Source: Pirellulales bacterium (GTDB lineage Bacteria > Planctomycetota > Planctomycetia > Pirellulales > UBA1268). Taken from it: 64,000 bases of DNA. The position numbers were made by a program, and so were the translations under genes. Numbering within the stretch: the first letter of the stretch is position 1; every line of letters starts with the position of its first letter. The notes beneath the pieces are model-generated. The model searched no databases, was not told where the DNA came from, and worked only from the letters and a program-made list of their open reading frames with translations. This document shows, one piece after another, positions 1 to 8,116 of the stretch. The DNA lies in contig JBAVTF010000085.1 of assembly GCA_049695995.1 (NCBI GenBank), forward strand, positions 2,205-66,204, read 5' to 3'.

Positions 1-1428
1 GGCCCGCACCGTACCGGACGTGGCATCGGAGCCCTTGGCAGGATCGACATGATCGAGTCTCGAGGCGCCCCAGCCCTCCTCGACCTTCTTCGAGGCGTCG
101 GCTGGACGGTCGCTGAACGTCTTCACGGGGCCAGACTCAGTGGCGGAGATGGCCGGAGCTGGGGCCGATGTCGGACGCGACACGGCGGCCGGAGCGGCGG
201 CCGGAGCCGCCGGGATCGGATTGCCACATGAGTCGAGCGGCACCTTCGTGACCACCGTCCGCGGCATCCGCACCGTGTACGTGTAGGGCGTCCGCTTCTC
301 GACGACCCGCGGCACCTGCATCGTCCGCTCCTCGGTGACGTACTTCATCACCTGCACCTGCACCGGCTCGACCTTCTCCTCGGTGACGTACTTCATCACC
401 TGCATCTGCACCTGGCGAACCTGCTCCTCGGGCACCATCCGGCAGACAGTGACGGGAACCTTGTTCTCGACCCTCTCGACCACCTTGCGGACGGTCTGCA
501 CGGGCACCTGACGCGTCGCCGTCTCGGCGACCATCTTCATGGTCTGCACGGGCACCTGCTGGACGACCTGCTCATCGACGTAGCGGACCGTCTGCACTGG
601 CACCTTCTGCGTGACCACACGGTTGACGTAGGTCGTCTCCGGAACCTGCACCGGCGTGTAGGTGGGCTGGTAGACGCGGTTCACCTGATTGACGACCGCA
701 CCGGGATTCATCTGCCACACCCAGCCACCCCGCTGCATCACGGCGAGGCCCGTGTAGGGGTCGATCGCATAGCTCGCGGGAACCCAGCCGAGCGACGTCG
801 TGCCCGGCGTGACGACGGGCGTGACGGTGTCAACAGCCTGACTGCCGACCGAGTAGGCAGTCCGCATCTGCGTGACCGGCTCGGTGACGGTGTAAGCCTG
901 CTCCCGCTCGCTCGTCTCGTAGATCGGCTTGCGGACGGTCGAGACCTGCTGCTGCACCACGGTCTCGTACACCGGCTTCATCACCGTGTACTGCTCCTCG
1001 CGGGTGGCCGTCTCGACCACGTCGCGGGTGACGTCGTAGCTGCGGTCTTGGATCTGCGTTTCGTACACCGGCTTCATCACCGTGGTCCGCTCCTCGCGGG
1101 TCTGGGTCTCCCACACGGGACGCTGCACGGTGTAGCGACGCTCCTGCGTCTGCGTTTCCCAGACCGGCTTTTGCACGGTGTAGGTCTTCGAGTCGTAGAC
1201 GGTCTCCTGGGAGACGCGGTAGGCGGTGACCTGCTGTTCGTCGTAGACGGTCTGGTAGTCCAGCCGGTAGGTCTGCGTGGCGACCGGGGCAGGGGCGACG
1301 ACGGCGTCACCACAGCACTGGGCCCGCGCGATCCGCATGGCGTGATCCTGCGGGGCGACAAGGAGGACAATGCACGCCAGCGACAGCAGGCGGCGGGAGG
1401 CGTTCGAACGGCGGCCGAACGGGGTCAT
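1..1428 (-). CDS. YTV-repeat secreted/cell-envelope protein (partial; 3' end runs off the window; absent from the ORF track)
   Basis: My own minus-strand translation from the ATG at 1428 (AGGAG 7 nt upstream) stays open to base 1. It reads MTPFGRRSNASRRLLSLACIVLLVAP (signal-like), then repeated units KTYTVQKPVWETQTQERRYTVQRPVWETQTREE...QYTVMKPVYET, then VPVQTV units. This matches the planctomycete YTV repeat family. A 48-nt tandem DNA repeat lies at 328-356/376-404. Confidence 0.8.
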   Translation of the reverse strand, partial: MTPFGRRSNASRRLLSLACIVLLVAPQDHAMRIARAQCCGDAVVAPAPVATQTYRLDYQTVYDEQQVTAYRVSQETVYDSKTYTVQKPVWETQTQERRYTVQRPVWETQTREERTTVMKPVYETQIQDRSYDVTRDVVETATREEQYTVMKPVYETVVQQQVSTVRKPIYETSEREQAYTVTEPVTQMRTAYSVGSQAVDTVTPVVTPGTTSLGWVPASYAIDPYTGLAVMQRGGWVWQMNPGAVVNQVNRVYQPTYTPVQVPETTYVNRVVTQKVPVQTVRYVDEQVVQQVPVQTMKMVAETATRQVPVQTVRKVVERVENKVPVTVCRMVPEEQVRQVQMQVMKYVTEEKVEPVQVQVMKYVTEERTMQVPRVVEKRTPYTYTVRMPRTVVTKVPLDSCGNPIPAAPAAAPAAVSRPTSAPAPAISATESGPVKTFSDRPADASKKVEEGWGASRLDHVDPAKGSDATSGTVRA

Positions 1429-1585
1429 GAATTGGCTCCTGAAAAGACCCTTGGAGACTAATCCGATGTACGCAGGCTTCAACCGAAAGGTTGAGAAAAA
1501 AACCGTATTTTTTCCCGAAAAATGGGCCCCCGTTCCTCACGAACGGCGCAACCCGTCCATCTTACGGGGGCAGGGAAGCGGCATC

Positions 1586-1638
1586 CGTAGGCCCGTCACT
1601 CCGTGACGGGCTGCCCGCTGCGGAGCAACGGGCCTACG
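1586..1638. repeat. Double-hairpin REP-like element, family A (copy 1)
   Basis: The sequence is cgtaggcccgtcactccgtgacgggctgcccgctgcggagcaacgggcctacg. It forms two adjacent 8-9 bp hairpins closed by gtagg/cctac. A near-identical inverted copy lies at 8057-8107. This copy sits just downstream of the DUF1854 stop codon. Confidence 0.8.
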
Positions 1639-1647
1639 GGGACCGGC

Positions 1648-2169
1648 CTACCCCTTGCGCTCGAGGAGGCGGCGGCTGCGGGGGTCGAGGGCGGCGATGC
1701 TCGGGATCGCGTATCGCATGCCGTAGCTGTCGGTCACGAATGCGCTGCCGTCGGGCTGCGTGACGAAGTCGTCGGCGTGGGCCACCTTGAACCGATGCGG
1801 GCCGCGGTCAGTGACCACGGTCCACTCGGCGGGCTCTCCATCGGACACCGCCTCGATCCGCTCGATCCGCGGCAGGAACTCCCGCTGGGCAAGCTCCGTT
1901 TCGAGGATGGTGCGAAGCGGGGCGGCGATGGCGGAGAGTGACTCGACCCACGCCAGCTCACCGCCGTTGGCTGCGACGATCGCAGCCGGACCGGCTGGGT
2001 CGGATACGGGAAAGGCGCGGAGCACATCAACGTTGGCGTGCCGCCGGCCCTGGGCATCGACGAAGTCGAGCCGGCCGTGGGCATGCCGCTCCAGCCGCCA
2101 GCCTTCGGGGGATATGCCGGTCTGGGGCGCCGTGTCAGAGGGCGGCGTGTGGGCATTCGCTTGGTGCAT
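1648..2169 (-). CDS. DUF1854-family protein (cyanophycin-locus associated)
   Basis: This is a 173-aa ORF with an ATG at 2169. It lies 32 nt downstream of the ABC exporter in the same orientation. The sequence (LDFVDAQGRRH...LRAFP...LPRIERI...WTVVTDRG...HRFKV...DSYGMRY.IP) fits my recollection of DUF1854, which typically follows this ABC transporter type. Confidence 0.7.
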   Translation of the reverse strand: MHQANAHTPPSDTAPQTGISPEGWRLERHAHGRLDFVDAQGRRHANVDVLRAFPVSDPAGPAAIVAANGGELAWVESLSAIAAPLRTILETELAQREFLPRIERIEAVSDGEPAEWTVVTDRGPHRFKVAHADDFVTQPDGSAFVTDSYGMRYAIPSIAALDPRSRRLLERKG

Positions 2170-2201
2170 GGTGTGTCGGGCTCGGGAACGGTGGTGCGAG
2201 G

Positions 2202-4514
2202 TCAGATGCCCGCCGCCGTCTCGCTCTCTTCCATTTGTGCCCGGTAGAGCCGGGCATAGGCTCCGTCGAGGGCGAGCAACTCGTCGTGCGTGCCCATCTC
2301 GATGATGCGGCCGGCGTCGAGTACCACGAGCCGGTTGGCCCGGCGCAGCGTCGACAATCGATGGGCGATCGCGATCGTGGTGCGGCCTGTCACGAGCCGG
2401 TCGATCGCGGCCTGGATGATCGCCTCGGTTTCGGCATCGACGCTCGACGTGGCCTCGTCGAGGATCAGGATCCGCGGGTCGACGAGCAGGGCGCGGGCGA
2501 TCGAGAGCCGCTGGCGTTCACCCCCGGAGAGCGAGCCACCCCGCTCGCCAACGCGAGAGTCGTAGGCCAGCGGCTGCGCGAGGATGAAGTCGTGGGCGCC
2601 GGCGGCCCGGGCCGCCTCCACGATCTTTTCGCGCGGGGCGTCGGGCCGGCCGTAGGCGATGTTCTCTGCGATCGTGCCGAAGAAGAGAAAGGGCTCCTGG
2701 AGCACGCAGCCGAGGTTGTGGCGATAGTCGGCGATCGCCAGGTCGCGGAGGTCGATGCCGTCCACCTTGATCGAGCCGCTCGACGGGTCATAGAACCGAC
2801 AGACCAGGTTGGCGAGCGTCGACTTGCCGGAGCCGCTCGTGCCGACGAGGCCGATCATCTCGCCCGGCTCGATCACGAGGTCGATGCCGTGGAGCACCTC
2901 CCGTGCGCCGTAGCGGAAGTGCACGCCGGAGATCTGAATCCGGCCCTCGATGCGGCCCTCGCCCCGCCCCGGCTTCACGGGGTGCGCGGCCTCCGCGACG
3001 GACGGCGTGCAGTCGAGGATCTCGAAGATCCGCTGCGCGCCGGCCGCGGCCCGCTGTGTTGCCGGCACCATGCGGATCATCGACTCCACGCGACCGTAGA
3101 ACCGGGCGATATAGGCGAGGAACGCCGTGAGTCCACCCACCGTCACGCCGCCACCGAACACGAGCCAGGCGCCCGCGGCCCACACGCACAAGAGGCCAAG
3201 CTCGTTGAAGAGCGTCACGAGCGGACCGCAGAACGACCAGACCACGTTGACGCGGTCGTTGGCATCGAGCACACGGTCGTTGGCGGCGACGAAACGGTCG
3301 ATCTCCCGCGACTCCTGGGCGAACGCCTTGACCACGCGGATCCCGGGAATCGTGTCGGCCAACACGCTCGTCATGTCGCCCCAGGCCACGCTCGCCCGGC
3401 CGAAGCCGCGCCGAAGCCGCTCACGGACGGCGTAGACGAGCCAGACCACGAACGGGAAGGGCACGAGCGTGAGCAGGGCCAGTCGGGGATTGAGCCAAAT
3501 CAGCACGCCCACGGTGAGCACCATCAGCATCACGTTCGAGGCGAACTCGATCAGGTTGACCGACAGGAAAATATTGATGCGGTCCGTGTCGCTGCCCACG
3601 CGGGAGATCAGGTCGCCGGTGCGGCGGCCCTGGAAGAAATCGAGCGACAGCCGCTGGATATGCGCGTAGGTCTGCACGCGGAGCCCGGCGGCGATCCGCT
3701 CGCTCACCCAGGCGAGTGTCCACGTCTGGGCCCAGGCCAGGAGCCAGGCGATGAGGGCCGCAGCGGTGAGGCCGCCGAGATACCACCACACGGCCGAGAA
3801 CGGCACCTGCTCCCCCGCCTGCTTCGGGATCAGCACCTTGTCGACCAGCGGCATCGTGAGATAGGGGGGCACGAGCGCGGCCGACGTGCTGGCCAGCGAG
3901 AGCGCGATGCCGAGCAGGGCCATGCGCCAGTGCGGCATGGCAAAGCCGATCAGCCGCGCGAGCGCCCGCCATGATGCGAGGCCGCCGCTCGGCAAGGGGC
4001 CGTCGTCGTCGCCGCGGCCACGGGCCGGCGCGACCGCTGCGGATTCGCCGGCGTCGTCGGCCGCGACAGGTGGTGCTGCCGATGGCGCGGTCGCGCCGCC
4101 ACGAGCCTCGAACCGGGCATCGAAGGCATCCTCGAGCGCGTGCACGCCCTTCGCCTTGGCGGGCGTGAACAGCCAGCGGGCGATCACGCGGCCTTGCTCG
4201 GAGAGTTCGATCCGGCCGACTGCCGACCGGAGATAGACGTCGATCCGCGTGCCATCGCCGAGGGGCCACGAACGCGGGCCGGGAGTCTCGAGAGCGGCCA
4301 CGTCCGCGGAGGCGGGGGCATCGGCGACAAGCCGGCGATCCGTGAGGGCGATCCAGCCATCGGCAAATCGCATCCGGCCATCGAGGTCGAACCGGCAGGT
4401 AGCCAGCAGTTGCTCGCCCGGCTGGAGCGGGGCTCGATCGCCCCATGGCAGGCCGGCGTTCCGGCGGGGCGAGTCCCCTGGGGGGGAGTCTGCGGAAAGG
4501 GCTGGGGCTGCCAT
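2202..4514 (-). CDS. ABC exporter, fused TMD-NBD with an N-terminal ~200-aa PH-like extension
   Basis: Walker A is GTSGSGKST, the signature is LSGGERQR and Walker B is ILILDEATS. Six TM segments precede the NBD. The N-terminal domain contains GWIALTDRRLV (bacterial PH-like). The ATG at 4514 is preferred over the TTG at 4535. Confidence 0.85.
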   Translation of the reverse strand: MAAPALSADSPPGDSPRRNAGLPWGDRAPLQPGEQLLATCRFDLDGRMRFADGWIALTDRRLVADAPASADVAALETPGPRSWPLGDGTRIDVYLRSAVGRIELSEQGRVIARWLFTPAKAKGVHALEDAFDARFEARGGATAPSAAPPVAADDAGESAAVAPARGRGDDDGPLPSGGLASWRALARLIGFAMPHWRMALLGIALSLASTSAALVPPYLTMPLVDKVLIPKQAGEQVPFSAVWWYLGGLTAAALIAWLLAWAQTWTLAWVSERIAAGLRVQTYAHIQRLSLDFFQGRRTGDLISRVGSDTDRINIFLSVNLIEFASNVMLMVLTVGVLIWLNPRLALLTLVPFPFVVWLVYAVRERLRRGFGRASVAWGDMTSVLADTIPGIRVVKAFAQESREIDRFVAANDRVLDANDRVNVVWSFCGPLVTLFNELGLLCVWAAGAWLVFGGGVTVGGLTAFLAYIARFYGRVESMIRMVPATQRAAAGAQRIFEILDCTPSVAEAAHPVKPGRGEGRIEGRIQISGVHFRYGAREVLHGIDLVIEPGEMIGLVGTSGSGKSTLANLVCRFYDPSSGSIKVDGIDLRDLAIADYRHNLGCVLQEPFLFFGTIAENIAYGRPDAPREKIVEAARAAGAHDFILAQPLAYDSRVGERGGSLSGGERQRLSIARALLVDPRILILDEATSSVDAETEAIIQAAIDRLVTGRTTIAIAHRLSTLRRANRLVVLDAGRIIEMGTHDELLALDGAYARLYRAQMEESETAAGI

Positions 4515-4575
4515 GAAATCCGTTGTTTCTCGCAAAAAATGGGACTAATGAACCGCGAAGCCCGATTGGAAGGGC

Positions 4576-4687
4576 AGTCAGGCCGCGGGGCACAGAAAGT
4601 TGCGTGGCTTTCCGAAGATACCTAGATTAACGTGGTTCGAACGTTCATCATTCCGCCGGTTCGACTTCCGAGCCACGCGGCCTGACT
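4576..4687. promoter_or_regulatory. 112-nt structured element closed by a 12-bp inverted repeat, in the cphA/ABC divergent leader
   Basis: AGTCAGGCCGCG (4576-4587) pairs with CGCGGCCTGACT (4676-4687). Inner pairs are GTGGCT/AGCCAC. Two mutually exclusive hairpins are possible (TCGAAC/GTTCGA versus AACGT/ACGTT). Local GC is lower than the surroundings. The element lies ~60 nt upstream of the ABC exporter ATG. Confidence 0.25.
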
Positions 4688-5394
4688 TGAAAAAAATTCC
4701 CGCCTTCCGCCCCGCCGTGACCGTCAGGTTCGGCTCGTTGTCAATTCTTCAATGATTTTGGCCCGGCTGTTCCGCGCTGCACCCGTTGCTGCACGCCTTT
4801 CCGACCAACAGGCGGATTCGGCAGGTCCCTGGCACGCGGAATGCATCTCTGCGAGGTCGGCGAAAAAAGTTTCGCTTTCGGCGCACGGAAGCGTAAACTT
4901 TTCGTCAGCCGCTGCGAAGTCGAGCACGCGTAAGCGTGATCGATGGATACAGGGGCACGGTTCGATTCATGGTGCCGCGAGAAACGGGCATCGCAAGCGA
5001 ACGCGCGTCCGTGTGGCGTGCGGCGATGCAATCCGATCCTGCGGTGTAGGAATCCTTTCTTCCCATGGCCACTTTGGCCGGTCGATTGCTCGACGGGAAT
5101 CTCTCCCCCACGTTGTGCTCAAACCTGCTGGCGAACCCTTGCGTCGCCGCAGGACTCCCCCCCGCGGCTCCAGACTGTCAGCCGCCGCCCTGACGCTCGC
5201 CCCCGTCAGGTCAGCACGGCTGTCTGCCCTTGCAGACAGGACTGCGCCGACGACGCGTCGCCGCAGCCCCGCTGTCATACGTGCGACCTCCTTTCCAGAC
5301 ACATCTACCGGAATGTCCGGTGGCTGGTGGAGGTGCACACATCCCGATCCCTGCACGCGTCTGCATGGGAGCGAATAGGCACTCAAATCCTTCC

Positions 5395-8061
5395 ATGGAG
5401 ATTCTTTCGCTCAAGGCTCTGCGCGGTCCGAACCAGTGGGCTTCCTTCCCCTGCCTCGAGGCCTGGGTCGATCTCGGCCGCCTCGAGGATTTTCCGTCGC
5501 ATACCCTGCCCGGATTCAACGACCGCATCATGACGTGGCTGCCCACGATGATCGAGCACCGCTGCTCGATCGGCGAGCGGGGGGGCTTCTTCGAACGGCT
5601 CCGCACCGGCACGTGGATGGGCCACGTGCTCGAGCATGTCACGCTCGAGCTTCAGACGCTCGCCGGGACGCCGGTGGGCTACGGCCGGGCCCGTGAAGCC
5701 AACACCCGCGGCGTCTACAAGGTCGTGATTGAATACAAGGAGGAGTCGTTCGCGATCGAGTGCTTCCACACGGCGCATCGGCTGCTGATGGCCGCGATCG
5801 ACGACACCACGTTCGATGTCACGACAGAGGTGAAGCGGCTGCGCAAGATCCTGCTCGATGTGCAGCTCGGCCCCAGCACGCGGTCGATCGTCGAGGCGGC
5901 GGTGGCGCGGGGGATTCCCGTGCGCAGGCTCAACGAGGGCTCGCTCGTGCGGCTCGGCCACGGCGCGAAGCAGCGGCGGATCATGGCGAGCGAGACCGAT
6001 GCCACCGGCGCCATCGGCGAGTCGATCGCCCAGGACAAGGAGCTGACGCGGGCGCTGCTCGCCGAGTCGGGAATTCCAGTGCCCGAAGGACGGCCGGTGA
6101 ACGATGCGGCCGATGCCTGGCGGGTGGCGGCGGAGATCGGCACGCCCGTCGTCGTGAAGCCGCGGTATGGCAACCAAGGCCGCGGCGTATCGGTGAATCT
6201 CTCCGGGCAGGCCGAGGTCGAGAAGGCCTGGCAGATCGCCCGCGACGAGGATTCATCGGTCGTGGTCGAGCGGTTCGTGGCCGGCGACGATTACCGGTTG
6301 CTCGTGGTCGGCGGCAAGATGGTGGCCGCGGCCCGACGGTATCGCCCGGCGGTCGTCGGCAATGGGGCGTCGACGGTCCGGCAACTCGTCGATGCCGTGA
6401 ACGAGGACCCGCGGCGGTGTGGCGACCACGCCGACGTGCTCTCGCCGATTCCGATCGACGAGGTGGCTCTGGCCGTGCTCGCCGAGCAGGGACTCATGCC
6501 GGAGAGCGTGCCCGCTGCCGAGCGGGTGGTGTTCCTGCGGCAAAATGCGAATCTCAGCACGGGCGGCACGGCGGAAGACGTGACAGATGCCGTACATCCG
6601 GAGGTGGCCGCGCGGGCCGTCGAGGCGGCGCGGATCGTCGGCCTCGACGTGGCCGGCATCGACATCGTGACCACCGACATCTCGCAGACGCTCGAGTCGC
6701 AGCGCGGCGCGGTGATCGAGGTCAACGCAGCCCCCGGCCTGCGGATGCACCTCCAGCCCACTGTGGGCACACCTCGCGAGGTGGGCCGCGCAATCATCGA
6801 CGCGATGTTTCCCGAGGGTGAGACCGGGCGGATTCCCACCGCCGCGGTCACGGGCACGAACGGCAAGACGACCGTGGTACGACTCCTGTCGCACATCTCG
6901 GCCACCGGGGGCGCGACCGTGGGCACGACCTGTACCGAGGGCGTGTGGATCGGTGGCCGCCAGATCGATGCCGGCGACTGTAGTGGACCGCAGAGCGCCC
7001 GCCGCGTGCTCGCCAATCCGACGGTGACAACGGCGGTACTCGAGACCGCACGAGGCGGCATCCTCCGCGAGGGCTGTGGCTTCGATCGCTGCGACGTGGC
7101 GGTGGTCACCAACATCGGCAAGGGAGATCATCTCGGCATCGGTGAGATCGACACGCCGGAGAAGCTGGCCTGGGTGAAGGGGGCGATCGTCGCGGCCGTG
7201 CGGCCCGGCGGCGCCGCCGTGCTCAATGCCGCCGACCCGCTCGTCGTCGACATGAAAAAATGGTGCAAGGGCGAAGTTGTCTACTTCGCGCTCGACCCGG
7301 CCAACCCACTCGTCGTGGAGCATCTCGCCGCAGGCGGCCGCGCGGCCACCATTCGCGAGGGCTGGATCGTGCTCTGCGACGGCCCTCGTGAGACGCGTCT
7401 TGCGCAGCTCGATAAGGTACCGCTGGTGCACAAGGGCCTGGTGCCATTCCAGGTGGAGAACGCGCTGGCGAGCGCCGCCGCCGCCTGGCGGCTCGGTGTG
7501 CCGCTGGAGCTCGTGCGCATCGGTCTGGAGACGTTCGCGAGCAATGCCGACGGTTCGCCCGGCCGGTTCAATCTGCTCGATCTCGAGGGCGTGTCGATCG
7601 TAGTCGACTACGGCCACAACGTGCCCTCGCTCGAGCAGATCTGCCGCGTGATCCGTGGGCTGCCGCACGGCCGCCGGATCGCGGTCTATTCCGCAGCCGG
7701 CGACCGTCGCGACGACGACATGCTCGAACAAGGCCGCCTCCTGGGCTCTGAGTTCGACCGTGTGGTCGTCTACGAGGATGCCTACATCCGTGGCCGTCAG
7801 CCGGGCGACATCACGCGGCTCATCGGGCAGGGCGTCGCCGCTGCGACCACCCCGCGGGCCACGGCCGCCGAATCCGGAGGCAACTGGTGCCAGTCGGTGC
7901 AGCTCGTGCTGGAGGCGGCCCGGCCGGGCGACCTCGTGCTCGTTCAGGCCGATGTCGCCGAGGAGGCGTTGCCGTGGCTCGTGGAGAAGTACGGCAGCCG
8001 GCTGCGGGAAACGACGCTCGACGAGATGGCCGCGACGGTCGTCGCCCGCCGGCTGGCGTAG
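5395..8061 (+). CDS. cphA: Cyanophycin synthetase
   Basis: The N-terminus is MEILSLKALRGPNQWASFP. An ATP-grasp block reads VVVKPRYGNQGRGV and a Mur-ligase-like P-loop reads VTGTNGKTT. Length is 888 aa from the ATG at 5395; the longer ORF-track start at 5230 adds non-homologous residues. Confidence 0.9.
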   Translation: MEILSLKALRGPNQWASFPCLEAWVDLGRLEDFPSHTLPGFNDRIMTWLPTMIEHRCSIGERGGFFERLRTGTWMGHVLEHVTLELQTLAGTPVGYGRAREANTRGVYKVVIEYKEESFAIECFHTAHRLLMAAIDDTTFDVTTEVKRLRKILLDVQLGPSTRSIVEAAVARGIPVRRLNEGSLVRLGHGAKQRRIMASETDATGAIGESIAQDKELTRALLAESGIPVPEGRPVNDAADAWRVAAEIGTPVVVKPRYGNQGRGVSVNLSGQAEVEKAWQIARDEDSSVVVERFVAGDDYRLLVVGGKMVAAARRYRPAVVGNGASTVRQLVDAVNEDPRRCGDHADVLSPIPIDEVALAVLAEQGLMPESVPAAERVVFLRQNANLSTGGTAEDVTDAVHPEVAARAVEAARIVGLDVAGIDIVTTDISQTLESQRGAVIEVNAAPGLRMHLQPTVGTPREVGRAIIDAMFPEGETGRIPTAAVTGTNGKTTVVRLLSHISATGGATVGTTCTEGVWIGGRQIDAGDCSGPQSARRVLANPTVTTAVLETARGGILREGCGFDRCDVAVVTNIGKGDHLGIGEIDTPEKLAWVKGAIVAAVRPGGAAVLNAADPLVVDMKKWCKGEVVYFALDPANPLVVEHLAAGGRAATIREGWIVLCDGPRETRLAQLDKVPLVHKGLVPFQVENALASAAAAWRLGVPLELVRIGLETFASNADGSPGRFNLLDLEGVSIVVDYGHNVPSLEQICRVIRGLPHGRRIAVYSAAGDRRDDDMLEQGRLLGSEFDRVVVYEDAYIRGRQPGDITRLIGQGVAAATTPRATAAESGGNWCQSVQLVLEAARPGDLVLVQADVAEEALPWLVEKYGSRLRETTLDEMAATVVARRLA

Positions 8062-8107
8062 GCCCGTTGCTCCGCAACGGGCTGCCCGTCACCGAGTGAC
8101 GGGCCTA
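8057..8107. repeat. Double-hairpin REP-like element, family A (copy 2, inverted)
   Basis: The sequence is cgtaggcccgttgctccgcaacgggctgcccgtcaccgagtgacgggcctac. Its reverse complement differs from copy 1 at about 3 positions. It fills the gap between convergent cphA and the MCE gene and probably acts as a bidirectional terminator. Confidence 0.8.
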
Positions 8108-8116
8108 CAAGCTGAC

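Noticed and set aside
830-1461. Track ORFs 830-1114 (minus), 1048-1461 (plus) and 1077-1370 (minus).
   Set aside because: They are superseded by the open minus-strand YTV reading frame (1-1428), which has a signal peptide, an SD and family-specific repeats.
1938-3974. A 678-aa plus-strand ORF, with smaller overlapping ORFs.
   Set aside because: It is antisense to the ABC exporter, which carries full Walker A, signature and Walker B motifs. Its composition is Arg/Gly/Asp-rich and not protein-like.
4636-4665. tRNA-like GGTTCGAA T-loop sequences (two occurrences).
   Set aside because: No acceptor, D or anticodon arms can be drawn around them, and the stem geometry (a 7-nt loop starting GG) does not fit a T-arm.
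4752-5378. A 208-aa plus-strand ORF (and the 4741-5031 minus-strand ORF) inside the cphA/ABC intergenic region.
   Set aside because: The translations are Arg/Ser/Ala-rich with no hydrophobic core pattern or motifs. The region has lower GC and hairpins typical of leader or promoter DNA, so I treat it as non-coding.
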